A DNA stretch of 64,000 bases from Octopus bimaculoides (taxonomy: Eukaryota). The stretch's first letter is position 1, and every line of letters starts with the position of its first letter. Shown here piece after piece: positions 24,168-36,799 of this stretch. The stretch is from the NCBI RefSeq assembly GCF_001194135.2, contig NC_069008.1, positions 11,720,221 through 11,784,220 of the forward strand, given 5' to 3'. The notes beneath the pieces are model-generated. The model searched no databases. It was not told the DNA's origin and saw only the letters and a list, made by a program, of their open reading frames with translations. A program made the translations under genes and the position numbers.

Positions 24168-26665
24168 CTGTTTTATAAAACAAATTTCAAACAGCTGTCA
24201 GGACTCAAAAACCACTTAAGTGCTCATGTAAAGTAAAAACACATCTAACAAGATGAATACACACGTATTTGTACATGATGAACAAAATTAATAACAACAG
24301 ACAATATGAAGAGTGCAATGGATATTTTATTGGTTTAAACGATATTTCAACAGCTTGCTTGTCGTTATTGAGTTTAAAATGAAAAATGACACACAGTCTT
24401 TAGTTATCAATTTTACAACTGGAAAAAGGAAAAGAATATTTTGTAAATATTATGAAATTCCCGTCATTTTATTCATCCCTCCAGGGCATGATGTTAATAA
24501 CCTGCAAACATATTTCTTCTCATACATTTTGAGTACTGAAAGTGTAGTAGATTCAAAATATTTTCTGAGAATATGCACTTTGAAGTCTTTTTCAAAATTG
24601 CAGCTGTTTAATGTAAAATATTCAGCAAGTTCTGTCGAACTACTGTTATTGTGCCTGACATCATTTCAGTGCCCAGTGACTTTCCTTACTAATTTTAGCT
24701 ATGTCATTTACAATTTCCTTTAACCATGATTCACGGTAACTGCATTTGACATAATGGTGTACAAAATCATTTGCAAGTTTCCAGTAATCCTCTATGTCAG
24801 TACAAATCCATTTTATCTTCAAAAATTGGGATTTCAGATTTGACCGAATTATATGATGTGGATGATCAGAGCAGTGGTGGAAGTAAACGTAAGATGACAT
24901 GGGCTGGCAAAATAACTGTCACGATTCTGCCTCCAGAAACTCAACACTGGTTTTTGAAAAACTAGATGTAAATTTTATGTAGGACATAAAGCCATAGTTT
25001 TTAGCATAACAGTCACTGAAATGCAAGAAGTCAATTAAAATATTTCATGATCATTCCCAGACAAAAAAGACATCATCAATGAACTGTAACCAGAGTATTA
25101 GTTCATGACCAAGTAGGGATTTGAATGTCTTCAGTAACTATCTCGAATTTCGTTATGAAGGCATTGTAGAAATTCTTAGTGCTTCAGCAGAAACTCAGTC
25201 TAAGCTCTAAGACAGGGGTATTGTCTGGTGAAAGTTTTAGTTTAGATAAATTTGTAACCAATTTATTCTCTAGTGTGACAGATTTTTGGAGGCAAGTATT
25301 TTTCAGTCTTACTTTCATTAGATTCCTGCTGTTTTATAAAACAAATTTCAAACAGCTGTCAGGACTCAAAAACCACTTAAGTGCTCATGTAAAGTAAAAA
25401 CACATCTAACAAGATGAATACACACGTATTTGTACATGATGAACAAAATTAATAACAACAGACAATATGAAGAGTGCAATGGATATTTTATTGGTTTGAA
25501 CGATATAATCTATTGGGTGATAAAAATTGTTGTGAATGTTTATGTGAGAAGTCAACTTTTAGGGTGGGTGATAGAAAGGGAGTGACTTCTTTGGTTTTTG
25601 TTGGCATTTGAAAAACCTTTACTTTCAGGAAAGGAACAAATTTAATGTTCTCAAGGCAAAATCTTAAATGTGCTCGCATTTCTGACTGATCAAATAAAAA
25701 CTTCTCTGGAGAGTTTCCAATGACAAGTTCAAATGTGTATGCCAGGGCAAAAGGACATGGGAAGTACAGCATTGTTATCTGTGCTGTTAGTTCCTGTGAT
25801 ACAGGTAAGTTCAAACGGTCATAAGCATAGATATCTCTGAAAAAGTTGGTTGACAAAACAAAATGATTGTTCCTGGTGTGATGAATGAACAATGTGCAGT
25901 GTGGACACTATGTTAGAAATTCCATGTGAGAAAAAATGGTCGATCGTATAGGAATTTCAGGAAAATTTTCTGCTATGATTTTCAACCCAGCGTCAATAAG
26001 TGTGTCACATAACATTTGTCCTGAAAACAAAAATGACATATTTCAAAGCAAATGTTTTCAACTAAAATGTTCCCTTGTCCATTGGGTCAGAGAAATGGGA
26101 AATCAGTTTTTTCAGCTTCTTTTCAATTTTTGTCTTCAGGGACAAAATTTCCATTTTTTCAAAGTTCATCAGACAATTAAGCAAATAGCTGAAACAAATT
26201 TTAGACCATACCTGTTCAAGGACACTCAAAGTCTTCTTAATGACTGCACCAAATGATATTAATTTTGAATGATAGTGGTAAACAGCTTCCATTATATGGA
26301 ATGAATTGCTCTCTCCAATCAATTTAAACTTTTGAAGCAATCAGGCTGTGATGCACACTGGAATATTTGATGTAAGACCTTCAGGTAAAATCTGTTCCCA
26401 TCTGCATGTATCCAGAAATGATAAATGGCATTTGATTTTAGCACAAAAACAATTAAGTTTTTTTTAATTGATAGAAATGTCAATTTCCCATTTTGTGATT
26501 CGTATTTGAATGGCACAAAATCCATTGGCCCAGGATTGAGTTCAACACTGGAGTCTAGAGAAACTAATGGAGCTGACAAGCCAACTGTAAGAAGGAATAA
26601 AATGCAAAAGCTGTAATTTTTATTCCACAATTTCTAAATGTTCCAATTCTTATTTGGTGTAACAT
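24168..26665 (-). mobile_element. Decayed Penelope-like element with a 2A-like leader and a Ulp1-like protease domain
   Basis: Minus-strand order: SVELNPGP (26549-26526); HLSFLDTCRWEQILPEGL (26427-26374); Ulp1-like SGQMLCDTLIDAG..FIHHTRNNHFVLST..YAYD..FDQSEMRAHLRFCLE (~26024-25629); VTNLSKLKLSPDNTPVLELRLSFC*ST (~25258); LWLQFIDDVFFVW (FIDD 25083-25072); HCSDHPHHIIRSNLKSQFLKI; LAEYF..DFKVHIL..LLTSCPGGMN (GIY-YIG C-terminus). Confidence 0.75.
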
Positions 26666-26861
26666 AAAAGCAATAATCTCAATCTACTTAATTTTGATAT
26701 TTTAAAAGGATTGACATAACTCTTCATGAAGGTAAATACACAATACGAAGAGAAGCCCAGTCTTCAATTATCAATTTTACCACTGGCAGTACTTAATAGA
26801 AGAGTTACTGGTAGTTTCTTTAGTAAAGAGTTACGTCAATCTTTTTAAAAATATAATAATA

Positions 26862-27075
26862 ATAATCCTTTCTTCTAAGGCACAAGGATTTGAAATTTTG
26901 GGGGAGGAGACTAGTCAATTACATCGACCCCAGTGTTTCACTGGTACTTAATATGTTGACCTAAAAGGATGAAAGACAAAGTCAACTGCAGCAGAATTTG
27001 AAGAAAGAATGTAAAAACAAACAAAATTCTGTTAACCATTTCGCCCAGGGTGCCAACAATTCTGCCAGCTTGCTG
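26862..27075 (-). mobile_element. SINE family A (other copies at 30053-30275 +, 30845-31035 -, 57830-58003 -)
   Basis: Reverse complement of the AAGGCGGCGAGCTGGCAGAATCG head and the CCTTTCGGGGTCGAT core. Confidence 0.75.
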
Positions 27076-27275
27076 CCTGATGATTATAAAATCTAGCAAG
27101 GGGCAGCCAGGCCTTGAAAAAGGGACACACTACCTCTGTGTCATACACACATCATTTCTAACATAATAACTGTGCAGTGATGTCATTGTTGTTATATGAG
27201 AATATGTTTCTCATCTATTCAGCCACAATGTCAAATAAATCAATATCTTTTCCTATTTCAGGAAATATGTTACGG

Positions 27276-27578
27276 CAGTGATTCCAAACATGGGGCATAT
27301 GCCCCACCAGTGGGGCCTGGGAAAATTGTGGTGGAGCATGGTGCTGTTGTCACAAAGCACAAGGTTCTCATTAGAATGATTCACTTTTCTTTTATTAGTC
27401 AATAATATACTTTTTTCTCGTACTCAGTACTTAATAAAGAGTTACCGGTAGATTCTTTTGTATTAAAAAATTGGGATAAAATATTAAAATAAAGTTGTTT
27501 TTTTCCCCAACAACCAGTGGGGCATTTTCCCTTAAAGTTATAATGGGATCCATGGGTAAAATAGGTTGAGAAATACTG
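27276..27578. mobile_element. hAT/Charlie-like MITE inside a ~230-bp tandem duplication
   Basis: Ends CAGTGATTCCAAAC / GGTTGAGAAATACTG. Removing it restores colinearity between the 27151-27685 copy and the 27687-27900 copy. Confidence 0.6.
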
Positions 27579-28140
27579 TATTAGAGGGGGAAATATATGA
27601 GAATTCTGAAAAACATCAGAATATTCCTGATGTTGATATAGCTGTGACTGTATAAAAAAGCGTGTTATAAGATTGTCGTCATATATATCATTTCTAACAT
27701 AATTACTGTGCAGTGATGTTATCATTGTTATATGAGAGTACATTTCTCATCTATTTATCCACGTTGTCAATTAAATCAGCATTTTTTCCTACTTCAGGAA
27801 ATGCTAGAGGGAAATATACATGAGGATTCTGAAATAATGTCCTTTAATAAAGGTATCAGAATGTTAAGTTGTGTTCCCAATGTAGATAAAGCTGCATAAA
27901 AATGCTGTTAGTAGACTGTTGCCACACATTGTTTTTGCTTCCCAGTATGAATACATTTATTTTTATATATTTCTTTTAGAGAATGACTTTTATCAGTGAT
28001 ACAATTATTCTTCTGTATGATTACACAGGTGCAGTTACAGTATCAAAATGACCAGCCTTCTTTCTTCTAAGAGAGCATTGGTTTAATTACTTCTATTAGA
28101 GAATGATGAACCAGAAATACCATTGTTCATTTGGTTTCTC

Positions 28141-29397
28141 TCATGTATGAATGTTCTTGTGTTTAGTTAAATTACTACTTGCAGAGAATAATTTACCACA
28201 GAAATCACAGTGATACGGTTTCTCTCCTGTATGTGTGTGTTTGTGTGCAGTTAAGTGATTATTTTGAGAGAATGATTTACCACAGATATTACAGTGATAT
28301 GGCCTCTCTCCTGTATGAATACGTTTATGTGTAGTTAAGGTACTATTAACAGAAAATGATTTGCCACAGATATCACAGTCATATGGTTTCTCTCCTGTAT
28401 GAGTATGTTTGTGTGCATTTAAGTTACTACGTTCAGAGAATGATTTACCACAGATATCACAATGATATGGCTTCTCTAATGAATGAATGTGTTTGTGTTT
28501 AGTTAAACTACCAGTCTGAGAGAATGATTTGCTGCAGATATTACACTGATATGGCTTCTCTCCAGTATGTACATATTTGTGAGTAATTAAGTTAGCAACC
28601 TGAGAGAATGATTTGCCACAGATATCACACTGATATGGTTTCTTTCCAGTGTGAATGTGTTTGTGTTTAGATAAGTTACTACTTGCAGAGAATGATTTAC
28701 CACAGACATCACAGTAATATGGCTTCTCTCCTGTGTGAGTGTGCTTGTGAGTAGTTAAGTGAGTATTCTGAGAGAACGACTTGCTACAGATATCACAGTG
28801 ATACGGTTTCTCGCCTGTATGAAAACGTTTGTGTATAATCAAAGTACTACCTACAGAGAATGATTGACCACAGATGTCACAGTGATATGGCTTCTCTCCT
28901 GTATGAATACGTTTGTGTGTAGTTAAGGTATTTTTATCAGAGAATGCTTTCCCACAGACATCACAGTGATATGGTTTCTCTCCTGTATGAGTCTGTTTAT
29001 GTATATTTAAACTAATTTTTTGAGAGAATGATCTACCACAGATATCACACTGATATGGTTTCTCTTTCGTATGTGTCTGTTTATGTGTAACTAAGTGGTT
29101 ATTTTGAGAGAATGATTTACCACAGATATCACAGTAATATTGCTTCTCTCCTGTATGAGTGTTTTTGTGTGTAGTTAAGCTAATTTTCTGAGAGAATGAT
29201 TTACCACAGATGCCACAGTCATATGGCTTCTCTCCTGTATGAATACGTCTGTGAGTAGTAAGATTACCTTTGTGAGTGAATGATCTGCTACAGATATCAC
29301 AGTAGTATGATGATTTTTCAACATCTTTTAACTCACCAATAAAATCAATCCTTTCAGTCTGATATTTACATTTATCATTTTCCTCAAATAATTCCAT
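28141..29397 (-). CDS. C2H2 zinc-finger protein ZNF2 (418 aa, 14 fingers), single coding exon
   Basis: Intact ORF with 14 canonical fingers. Acceptor TCGTTTCTCTCTTATTTCCAG at 29741/29740 upstream, on the minus strand. Confidence 0.95.
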   Translation of the reverse strand: MELFEENDKCKYQTERIDFIGELKDVEKSSYYCDICSRSFTHKGNLTTHRRIHTGEKPYDCGICGKSFSQKISLTTHKNTHTGEKQYYCDICGKSFSQNNHLVTHKQTHTKEKPYQCDICGRSFSQKISLNIHKQTHTGEKPYHCDVCGKAFSDKNTLTTHKRIHTGEKPYHCDICGQSFSVGSTLIIHKRFHTGEKPYHCDICSKSFSQNTHLTTHKHTHTGEKPYYCDVCGKSFSASSNLSKHKHIHTGKKPYQCDICGKSFSQVANLITHKYVHTGEKPYQCNICSKSFSQTGSLTKHKHIHSLEKPYHCDICGKSFSERSNLNAHKHTHTGEKPYDCDICGKSFSVNSTLTTHKRIHTGERPYHCNICGKSFSQNNHLTAHKHTHTGEKPYHCDFCGKLFSASSNLTKHKNIHT

Positions 29398-29998
29398 TTT
29401 TCTTTCACTGATATATCCAGATATTTCTATCAGATGCTTTTTCTTTTTTTCTCCCTTTCAACTTATAATCCTGTTTCCAACAAATATTTATTCTGTATAT
29501 TTCCACATACCTGAAGATGCTGAAAATTCTTTTGTAATCTAAGTTCAAATAAAATTCAAGATCATTTTATACATTTTCCAGACAGTGAAACAGAAATATT
29601 TTGCTAATAACACCAGTCAGAGAAAATATTTCATAGGGATTGTAAAAAGATTTATATGAACATAGTTATGTCAGCTGTGTATATTTTCCTTTAGTCTTCA
29701 TAACTGATGGTAAAAAATATCCTTTGAGTCCAATGTTATCTGGAAATAAGAGAGAAACGACATAAACTATAGAGAAAACTGCAAACATTGAGACCTAACA
29801 ATAGAAATTTTACAACATTTCTGTCATGATAAACAACAGATATAAACCCTGACCTGAACTACTGAAATTAAATTATATATTTGTTAAAATTACATTATAT
29901 AACCTTATTTGAAGTTAAGAGTACAGCAACACTTTAATACTGTGTTACATTATACAGGGTTGGCCAAAAGTCACTCATCAAAACATTTGACTCTTTAT

Positions 29999-30002
29999 AT
30001 TA

Positions 30003-30051
<49 letters not shown>
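29999..30051. repeat. (ATT)n microsatellite
   Basis: Pure ATT run preceding a SINE A copy. Confidence 0.9.
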
Positions 30052-30053
<2 letters not shown>

Positions 30054-31998
30054 GGCAGTGAGCTGGCGGAATCGTTAGCACACTGGACAAAATACTTAGC
30101 AGTATTTCACCCATCGCTATGTTCTGAGTTCAAATTCTGCCAAGGTCAACTTTGCCTTTCATCCTTTCGGGGTCAATAAATTAAGTGCCAGTTAAATACT
30201 AGGGTTGATCTAATCAACTGGCTCCCTCCCCACAAATTTCAGGCCTTGAGCCTATAATAGAAAGGATTATTATTATTAAGCAGTGCACTGAACAGAATGC
30301 TGCCACTCCAGTCATTAACTATGATTAGTCAACTTGATTAATTATACACATGACTAAGCGATGTCCTACTCCAATTATTTTACACATCTCAGCAGTAGTT
30401 CCTTCTGGGGTAGGGTTCCTAACTTTCATTTCTTAATTGCTTTGGCTATTAAACTGCAGTCAACTAGGAAAGCTATTGGATCCATGTTGAGAAGATTCAC
30501 TTTCTCTTGAGCATTCTCCACACTTAAGCTTTTCATAGTAACATTTCCATGCCTCTTTCTTTCCAGAATTACTCAGTGCAAGTCCACTATCACCCACAAC
30601 CTCCTGATCCTATGATAGACAGATCCAGAGCTACTTGCTGCTCTGATCCTCATGCTGCAGAACATTGGAATACTTCTTACTGTTTGCTTCTCTTTTTGCT
30701 ATGTAAACCTGTTGCCAAGTTTTTCCTCTGGTTATCTGTTACAAGTCATTGCTGCCTCCATTTTTCTTGCCTTTCCAAGGCTGTCATTTTGCTTTTATGG
30801 TTCTTATTTCGTTACTGCCCACAAGGGGCTACACACAGAGGGAACAGACAAGGACAAACAAATGGATTAAGTCAATTATATCGATCCCCAGTGCGTAACT
30901 GGTACTTATTTAATCGCCCCCGAAAGGATGAAAGGCAAAGTCGACCTCAGCGGAATTTGAACTCAGAACGTAGCGGCAGACGAAATACCGCTAAGCATTT
31001 CGCCCGGCGTGCTAACGATTCTGTCAGCTCGCCCCCTTTGCTTTTATGGTTCTATCTACCTTACTGTTCCACAACATGTCACTTTAGTCTGGTTGGAGAT
31101 TGGTACCAGCAACAAATTTCATTCATTACCTTCAGTAGGTTGTCCCAAAACAACTTCCATTTCTCTATGTTATAAGTCTATCTCCATCATCATTTTCAAT
31201 TAGGAAGAACTTTTAAATTCACAAATATTTATCTTATTTTCTGGTGAGAATGTGGTCAATTTGGCTTGTGTGCCCACCAGATTGATAGATAACACTGTAT
31301 AACATGATTTTTGTCCTTTTGTAGCAATTGTTATTTCCTATTTGCTTAGCCCTATAAAGTATGAAAAAATGGTTAATATTTCCTTCAAACTTTGCTTTTG
31401 TTATATTTATTCAAACCCCCAAAGAATCCCTCTCAACACATGGCTACAATGCTCCCTCACTACTCCTGCTGATGATCAGAGACGGACATACTGTCAGCCA
31501 CTAAAGAACATGCTCAAGTGGTTAAGGTCAAGCAACTGACAAGCATATCTGTCACATTAAGCAGAATATTTGCTATAGCAATTTTCTGCTTCAGCAACTC
31601 AGTGCTGAATCTGTATGAAATGTAATAAAAAATAAGTCAGTTTCAAAATATTGATGTCCAGGTTACAAAAGCCAAGTTTGAAAGGAATAGTAGTCATTTC
31701 CTTTGATGTCTAGATAGAAGCAAGATCGTAATTGTACATGTAATACGTTATGTTACATATAATTCAAATACACGAATAAGCATTTAAATTTTGATAGGGC
31801 AGCTGATTTTTCAAAACTCTAAGTAACAGTTCTGTGACACTTTTGCAGCTTCGATAAAAAGTATATCACTCTACCTTTAATATTCGAGTACTTTTTTTCC
31901 ATCTTGTTTTACACGTGTGTGTGTGTGAGTGTAGATACATATATCAAACAGCCTTATTATTTCACTACTAATTCTTAACTTTATGTTCTACTATTCAC

Positions 31999-32207
31999 CG
32001 AAATCGCTTGTGATAGAAGTTGATGAACGAAAAAATAGTCTGACTTATTTCGGATAATGACTTCCTATTCCAAGTTGCGTCGGGACACTGATGAAGAACA
32101 TGAGGGATTCACGTTCCGGCCATCGAACTCTTGCTTCGACTGCCCAAAATTCTATCCCTTTCAGCGCGTCGCTTCCGTCCCTGCTACATGACGTCACTTC
32201 CTCTTTC
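31999..32207 (-). promoter_or_regulatory. Putative ZNF2 promoter and non-coding exon 1
   Basis: The minus strand has GAAAGAGGAAGTGACGT (32207-32191; full TGACGTCA at 32189-32196), a 12-nt spacer and ACGGAAG (32178-32172). Locally CpG-rich. Donor-like TTCG|GTGAAT at 31999/31998. Confidence 0.6.
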
Positions 32208-35200
32208 CATTTCAACCCCCCTCAATATCAAAGTACCAATGTCAGATGTCTTTTTAATTGTTGCTCTGGCGACATTCTGTATTGGTTACATCATGTTATA
32301 TTTGATATCAAGAGATCCTACCTTGTAACACAATTTGTAGTTAACCACGTCGCGAAATACAGTGTTACAGACGACAATCAATTAAAAAGAAAAGGGATGT
32401 CGTAAGAGTTGTTGTTCTTGATTTTATAAATACGCATGCGTATTGTTGTTTTTTGGATTATTTTTAATTTCGACTAGAGGAGGTAGTGGTGGAGGGCATA
32501 TTGATCTTTTACTTCAGTGACCAATCTGGGGTACAGCCTTGATAAAAAAAAAAGTCTCTACAAAGAATCGACCCCTGTACCTCTCAAATTGCAGCTGAGT
32601 GCTCTGAACCATTAATCTAAGAGACCCTTGATTTCTTGTTATTTTCTCTTTATTTATGTTCAACCATTATATTGCAACACCATTTCGTCGTATAGCATCG
32701 TCTTTGGGTGAAAAAGTAAACGGCATAGTTGCTGTTGTTATTGTTGAAGTTGATAAAGTTTGAAACACATTTTTTTTCAAGAAATTTTTCTTCAACTTTC
32801 GCCTAATTGTAATTGAGGGTGCTAATAAAATATCTGGACAATTTTTGCTGTTTAGCTGTCAAAATTCTTTTCTTTGTTCGATTCCAAATCAATTTTTTCC
32901 CACACTAATGTCTTATTTGATAATTTTCAATTTTCTCCAAAACTGTCTAAATCGGGGCAAAATGAGTAATGACCGATTCCAATGATTTCTTCTCTTTAAT
33001 TCCTTGATGTGTAAATGTATTGGGAAGAGATCCTCTCCAGCAGATCATGAAGAAGATATGGAGACTATTTTATGAAGAGCTTTTAAACTTAGTCGAGCTT
33101 ATGGCTTCATATAGTTTCATACCATGTGCCATTTTCCATGACCCTCCTTCATTTCAACTAAATATTTAAAATTTTTGTTGCATTTCTGATCTCTAAGAAT
33201 GGATATTGATGTGTATAGATCTTCTTTCAAATTTAATTCTGGAGAATTGAAGAAAGAATTTAACCATACTTTCTCTTACTCATTCTGTCCGCCTAGATTT
33301 GTCTTTTGTATGCTGAAAGAGAACGGTGATAATTTTCTGAAATAGTGTTCTGAACATGTTATTGTGATTTTAACGCATTTATTTCCTTCTTGACAATACC
33401 TGGCCATGTATATCATGACCTCTGTACCTTGAAGACATGCCTTCGCTCTCTTCCTTACTCTACCATCCCATCTATGCTCTGCCCCCTGTTCCTTTTGAGT
33501 ATACCTTGGCACATCACCACCATCTCTCTCCTACTCTCTCTTGCTATCTCCCACTCTCTCTCTTTTCTTTGCTCTTCCCTCTGATTGGATAGCCATGTAT
33601 CTCCTCTACAACAGTACACCTGATTCTGCCCTCATTCTTGATCACCCTTGCTCTCTCCCTTTCTCTTGCTCTTCCCTCTGGCTAGGTAACCAAGTATCCC
33701 CTTTACATCAACACACCTGTTTCTGTCCTTTCTTGTTACTTCTTTCTCCCTCTGGCCAGGTAACCATGTTCCTCCTCTATAGCAAGACACCTGTTTCTGC
33801 CTATCTGTCACCTTGTCACACCCTAACCTTTCATCAACTGACACAAGATCACCTCCTCCAATGCCCTCTCCCCTCTCAAAGATTACTTGTCCTGCAAGTT
33901 ACTTGGTGACCCTGCCAGTGCTAGTGTCATAAAAAAACATCGTGTCCACACTGTAAAGTGGTTGGCATTTGGAAGGACATCTAGGTGTAAAAACCATGCC
34001 AAAACTGACCTTGCTTGTGTTGGTGCCATATAAAAAGCATTCAGTCCACTATGTGGGGTAGCTGGTGTTAGGGACGGCATCCAACCACAAAATTATGCCA
34101 AAACAAACACAGTAATCTGGTGTAGTCTTTCATCTGGCCAGCTGCTGTCAAACCATTCAACCCATGCCAGCATGGAAAGCAGACATTAAACAATGATGAT
34201 GAAGATCGTGTAAATAATATTTTTTACTTAGTCAAAAATGCAGAATATATTACTCGTTCTGTGCTTTCCTATTGTAGACAACCGGTTTTTAATATTAACT
34301 GAAAGATTGGTAAATAAACTATTACACTTTGAGACAGGTGTAATAATTGATCAGGAGACTTTCAGAATGTCTATCACTACCTCATAGAGAAGGAATTGAG
34401 TGAGTGTTTCTTTCTGTCAAAGAATTTTTTACCCAAACGTCTAATCCTATACATTTTTGACCTCCAATTCCTTTAGAAATTGAAAAAAAAAATGGTTGTT
34501 GATAATAGAAAAGTACCAACATTTCTGTAGGTATTCAGTAATGGAAGTTGGCTTGCTTACACAAGAAGTCTCACTATTTAAAACTAGTAATGCATCAGGC
34601 AGGTTGTTATTGCAGCATTCCTTTAAGCCAATACAAACAAATTACATCCTATCTGGACTCAGAACAATGCTATCACCATAGTATAAGAGGCTCATAACAT
34701 TCATGTCTCCCTTTGACAACTGAACATCTGATGCCAAGTTTCTCTCTAGATGAGAGCTTTCTGCACTTGACTATCAGAATTTGAAAAAAACAAAACAACT
34801 TTCAATGATTATCACAAGAGCCCTTTTGGTTGAATAGGTTTAGGTTTTCAAAAGGCAAATGCTCTAATACTTCTTATCACCCTCATCATTAGAAAAGCAG
34901 TAAATCAGTCATCAGTCCATTAAAACAAACTGTTTCTGTCAGATGCAGGTGTGGCTATGTTATAAGAAGCTTGCTTCCCATCAACATGGTTCTAGGTTCG
35001 GTCTCACTGCATGGCACCTTGAGCAAGTGTCTTCTACTATAGTCCTGGGTTGACCAAAGTCCTGTGAGTGGATTTAGTATATGGAAAGTGAAAGAAGCCC
35101 GTCGTATGTGTGTGTGTGTGTGTGTCCTCCTGTTTATTTGTTCCCACCACCACCACTTGACAACCAGTGTTGATGTGTTTGCATCCCCCGTTACGTAGCG

Positions 35201-35924
35201 CTTTGGCAAAAGATATTTGAGAGAACAAGTACCAGACTTAAAAAAAGTACTGGAGTTAATTCATTCAACTAAAAATTTTTCAAGGAAATGCTCCAGCATG
35301 GCCACAGTCTAATAACTGAAACAAATAAAAGATAAACGAGGTTATTGTCCATAACTGCATGACATTAAAAAAACAAACATTCTTTCAACAATACATACTG
35401 AAGTGACATTCATGCTCTACTACACTGGTGTTTAAATATAATTGTGTGTGCTAAAAGCAGTTAGTTATTATCCATGAAGGTAAGTATAGCTGTAACAAGG
35501 AATTTTAAGATGTCATTTAAGAATAACTTCATACAAATATTTTACCAGTTACAGTTGATACCAGAGGAATGAACAGTAATAATTTAGATTGACTTCACAA
35601 AGCTAGTAAACTCTGTAGTTACACTGCATGAATATGTGGAGGTGCTTGTCTCCCCCTTGTAAACATAAGGACACAGGAAATGTGTCAAGGCCGATAGGAA
35701 GCGGTGCAGCTTCCTAGGTCTAACCAACAGTAGTATTATTCCCTTCAGAGGACTGTCACATTAAGTTGAAAGCATACAACTACTTCAACTCCCACTTAGA
35801 TGCTGTAGATTCAGAGTATATAGGGATTTACAGAAAACTATCTAAATAACTTTCAATATTCACAATACAAATTTGGCAGCTTTTTCAACCCAGTGAATGA
35901 CAGGTGTTTCTGCTAGTGTGTATA

Positions 35925-35980
<56 letters not shown>

Positions 35981-36799
35981 CCAACAAACTCACAAATTAC
36001 ATACATGGAAATGATGTCAATGACCAGGCTGACGCTCCTGCTTTTCTTATTGGTAAAGTTCTTTCGAGCTACAATCAATTTGTAACATACATCTATCTCT
36101 CTATCTGTCTGTCTTTCTACATACACACACACACACACATATAGTTTTAGCTTTAAGATACATCATCTGTGATGTTTCTGAGGTCTCAAAGTCTTTCAGG
36201 TTCTTTGGCATTAGACCCCATAGCCCAGTTGACCCACTCAGGGTTGATCAAGTCCTAGTTTGCATCCCAACAGCAGCAAATCACTGGTCTGCTTTATTTC
36301 TCTAAAGCCACTCAGTGGTCTGGTCGTCTCGGTAGCTTCAGTGATGGAATTTATGATCCTCCTTTCTGCAGTATCAGTAACTCCAAACCCAGTCAGAACT
36401 TTACAAAATGAATGCCCCACAAATCCTTCACAGCCCACTTGTATTGCCTCATAGGGTACAAAAAAAAAAGGGTAAAGATCCCCTTTGATCATGAATGACC
36501 ATGAGATTGCAACTAGAAAATTCCCCTCTGAGGCATAAGTCTGGGCAAGGTCGTTTGTGAACGAGTAGCAGTCACCCATGCATACCACTCTCCCCTTTCT
36601 ACTCCACTGGTGTTACCCAAAGGGAAGGCAAAAGCTGATACAGCTTGGCACCAGTGATGTTGCAACTCATTTCTACAGCTGAGTGAACTGGAGCGACATG
36701 AAATAATGTATCTTGCTCAAAGACACAACACACAGGAATCCAACTCATTACCTCATGATTGTAAGCCCAATGCTCTAAATACTGAGCCATGCAGTTTCA

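Noticed and set aside
30549-31175. 208-aa ORF
   Set aside because: It has a TTG start and runs through an antisense SINE A copy. There is no domain motif.
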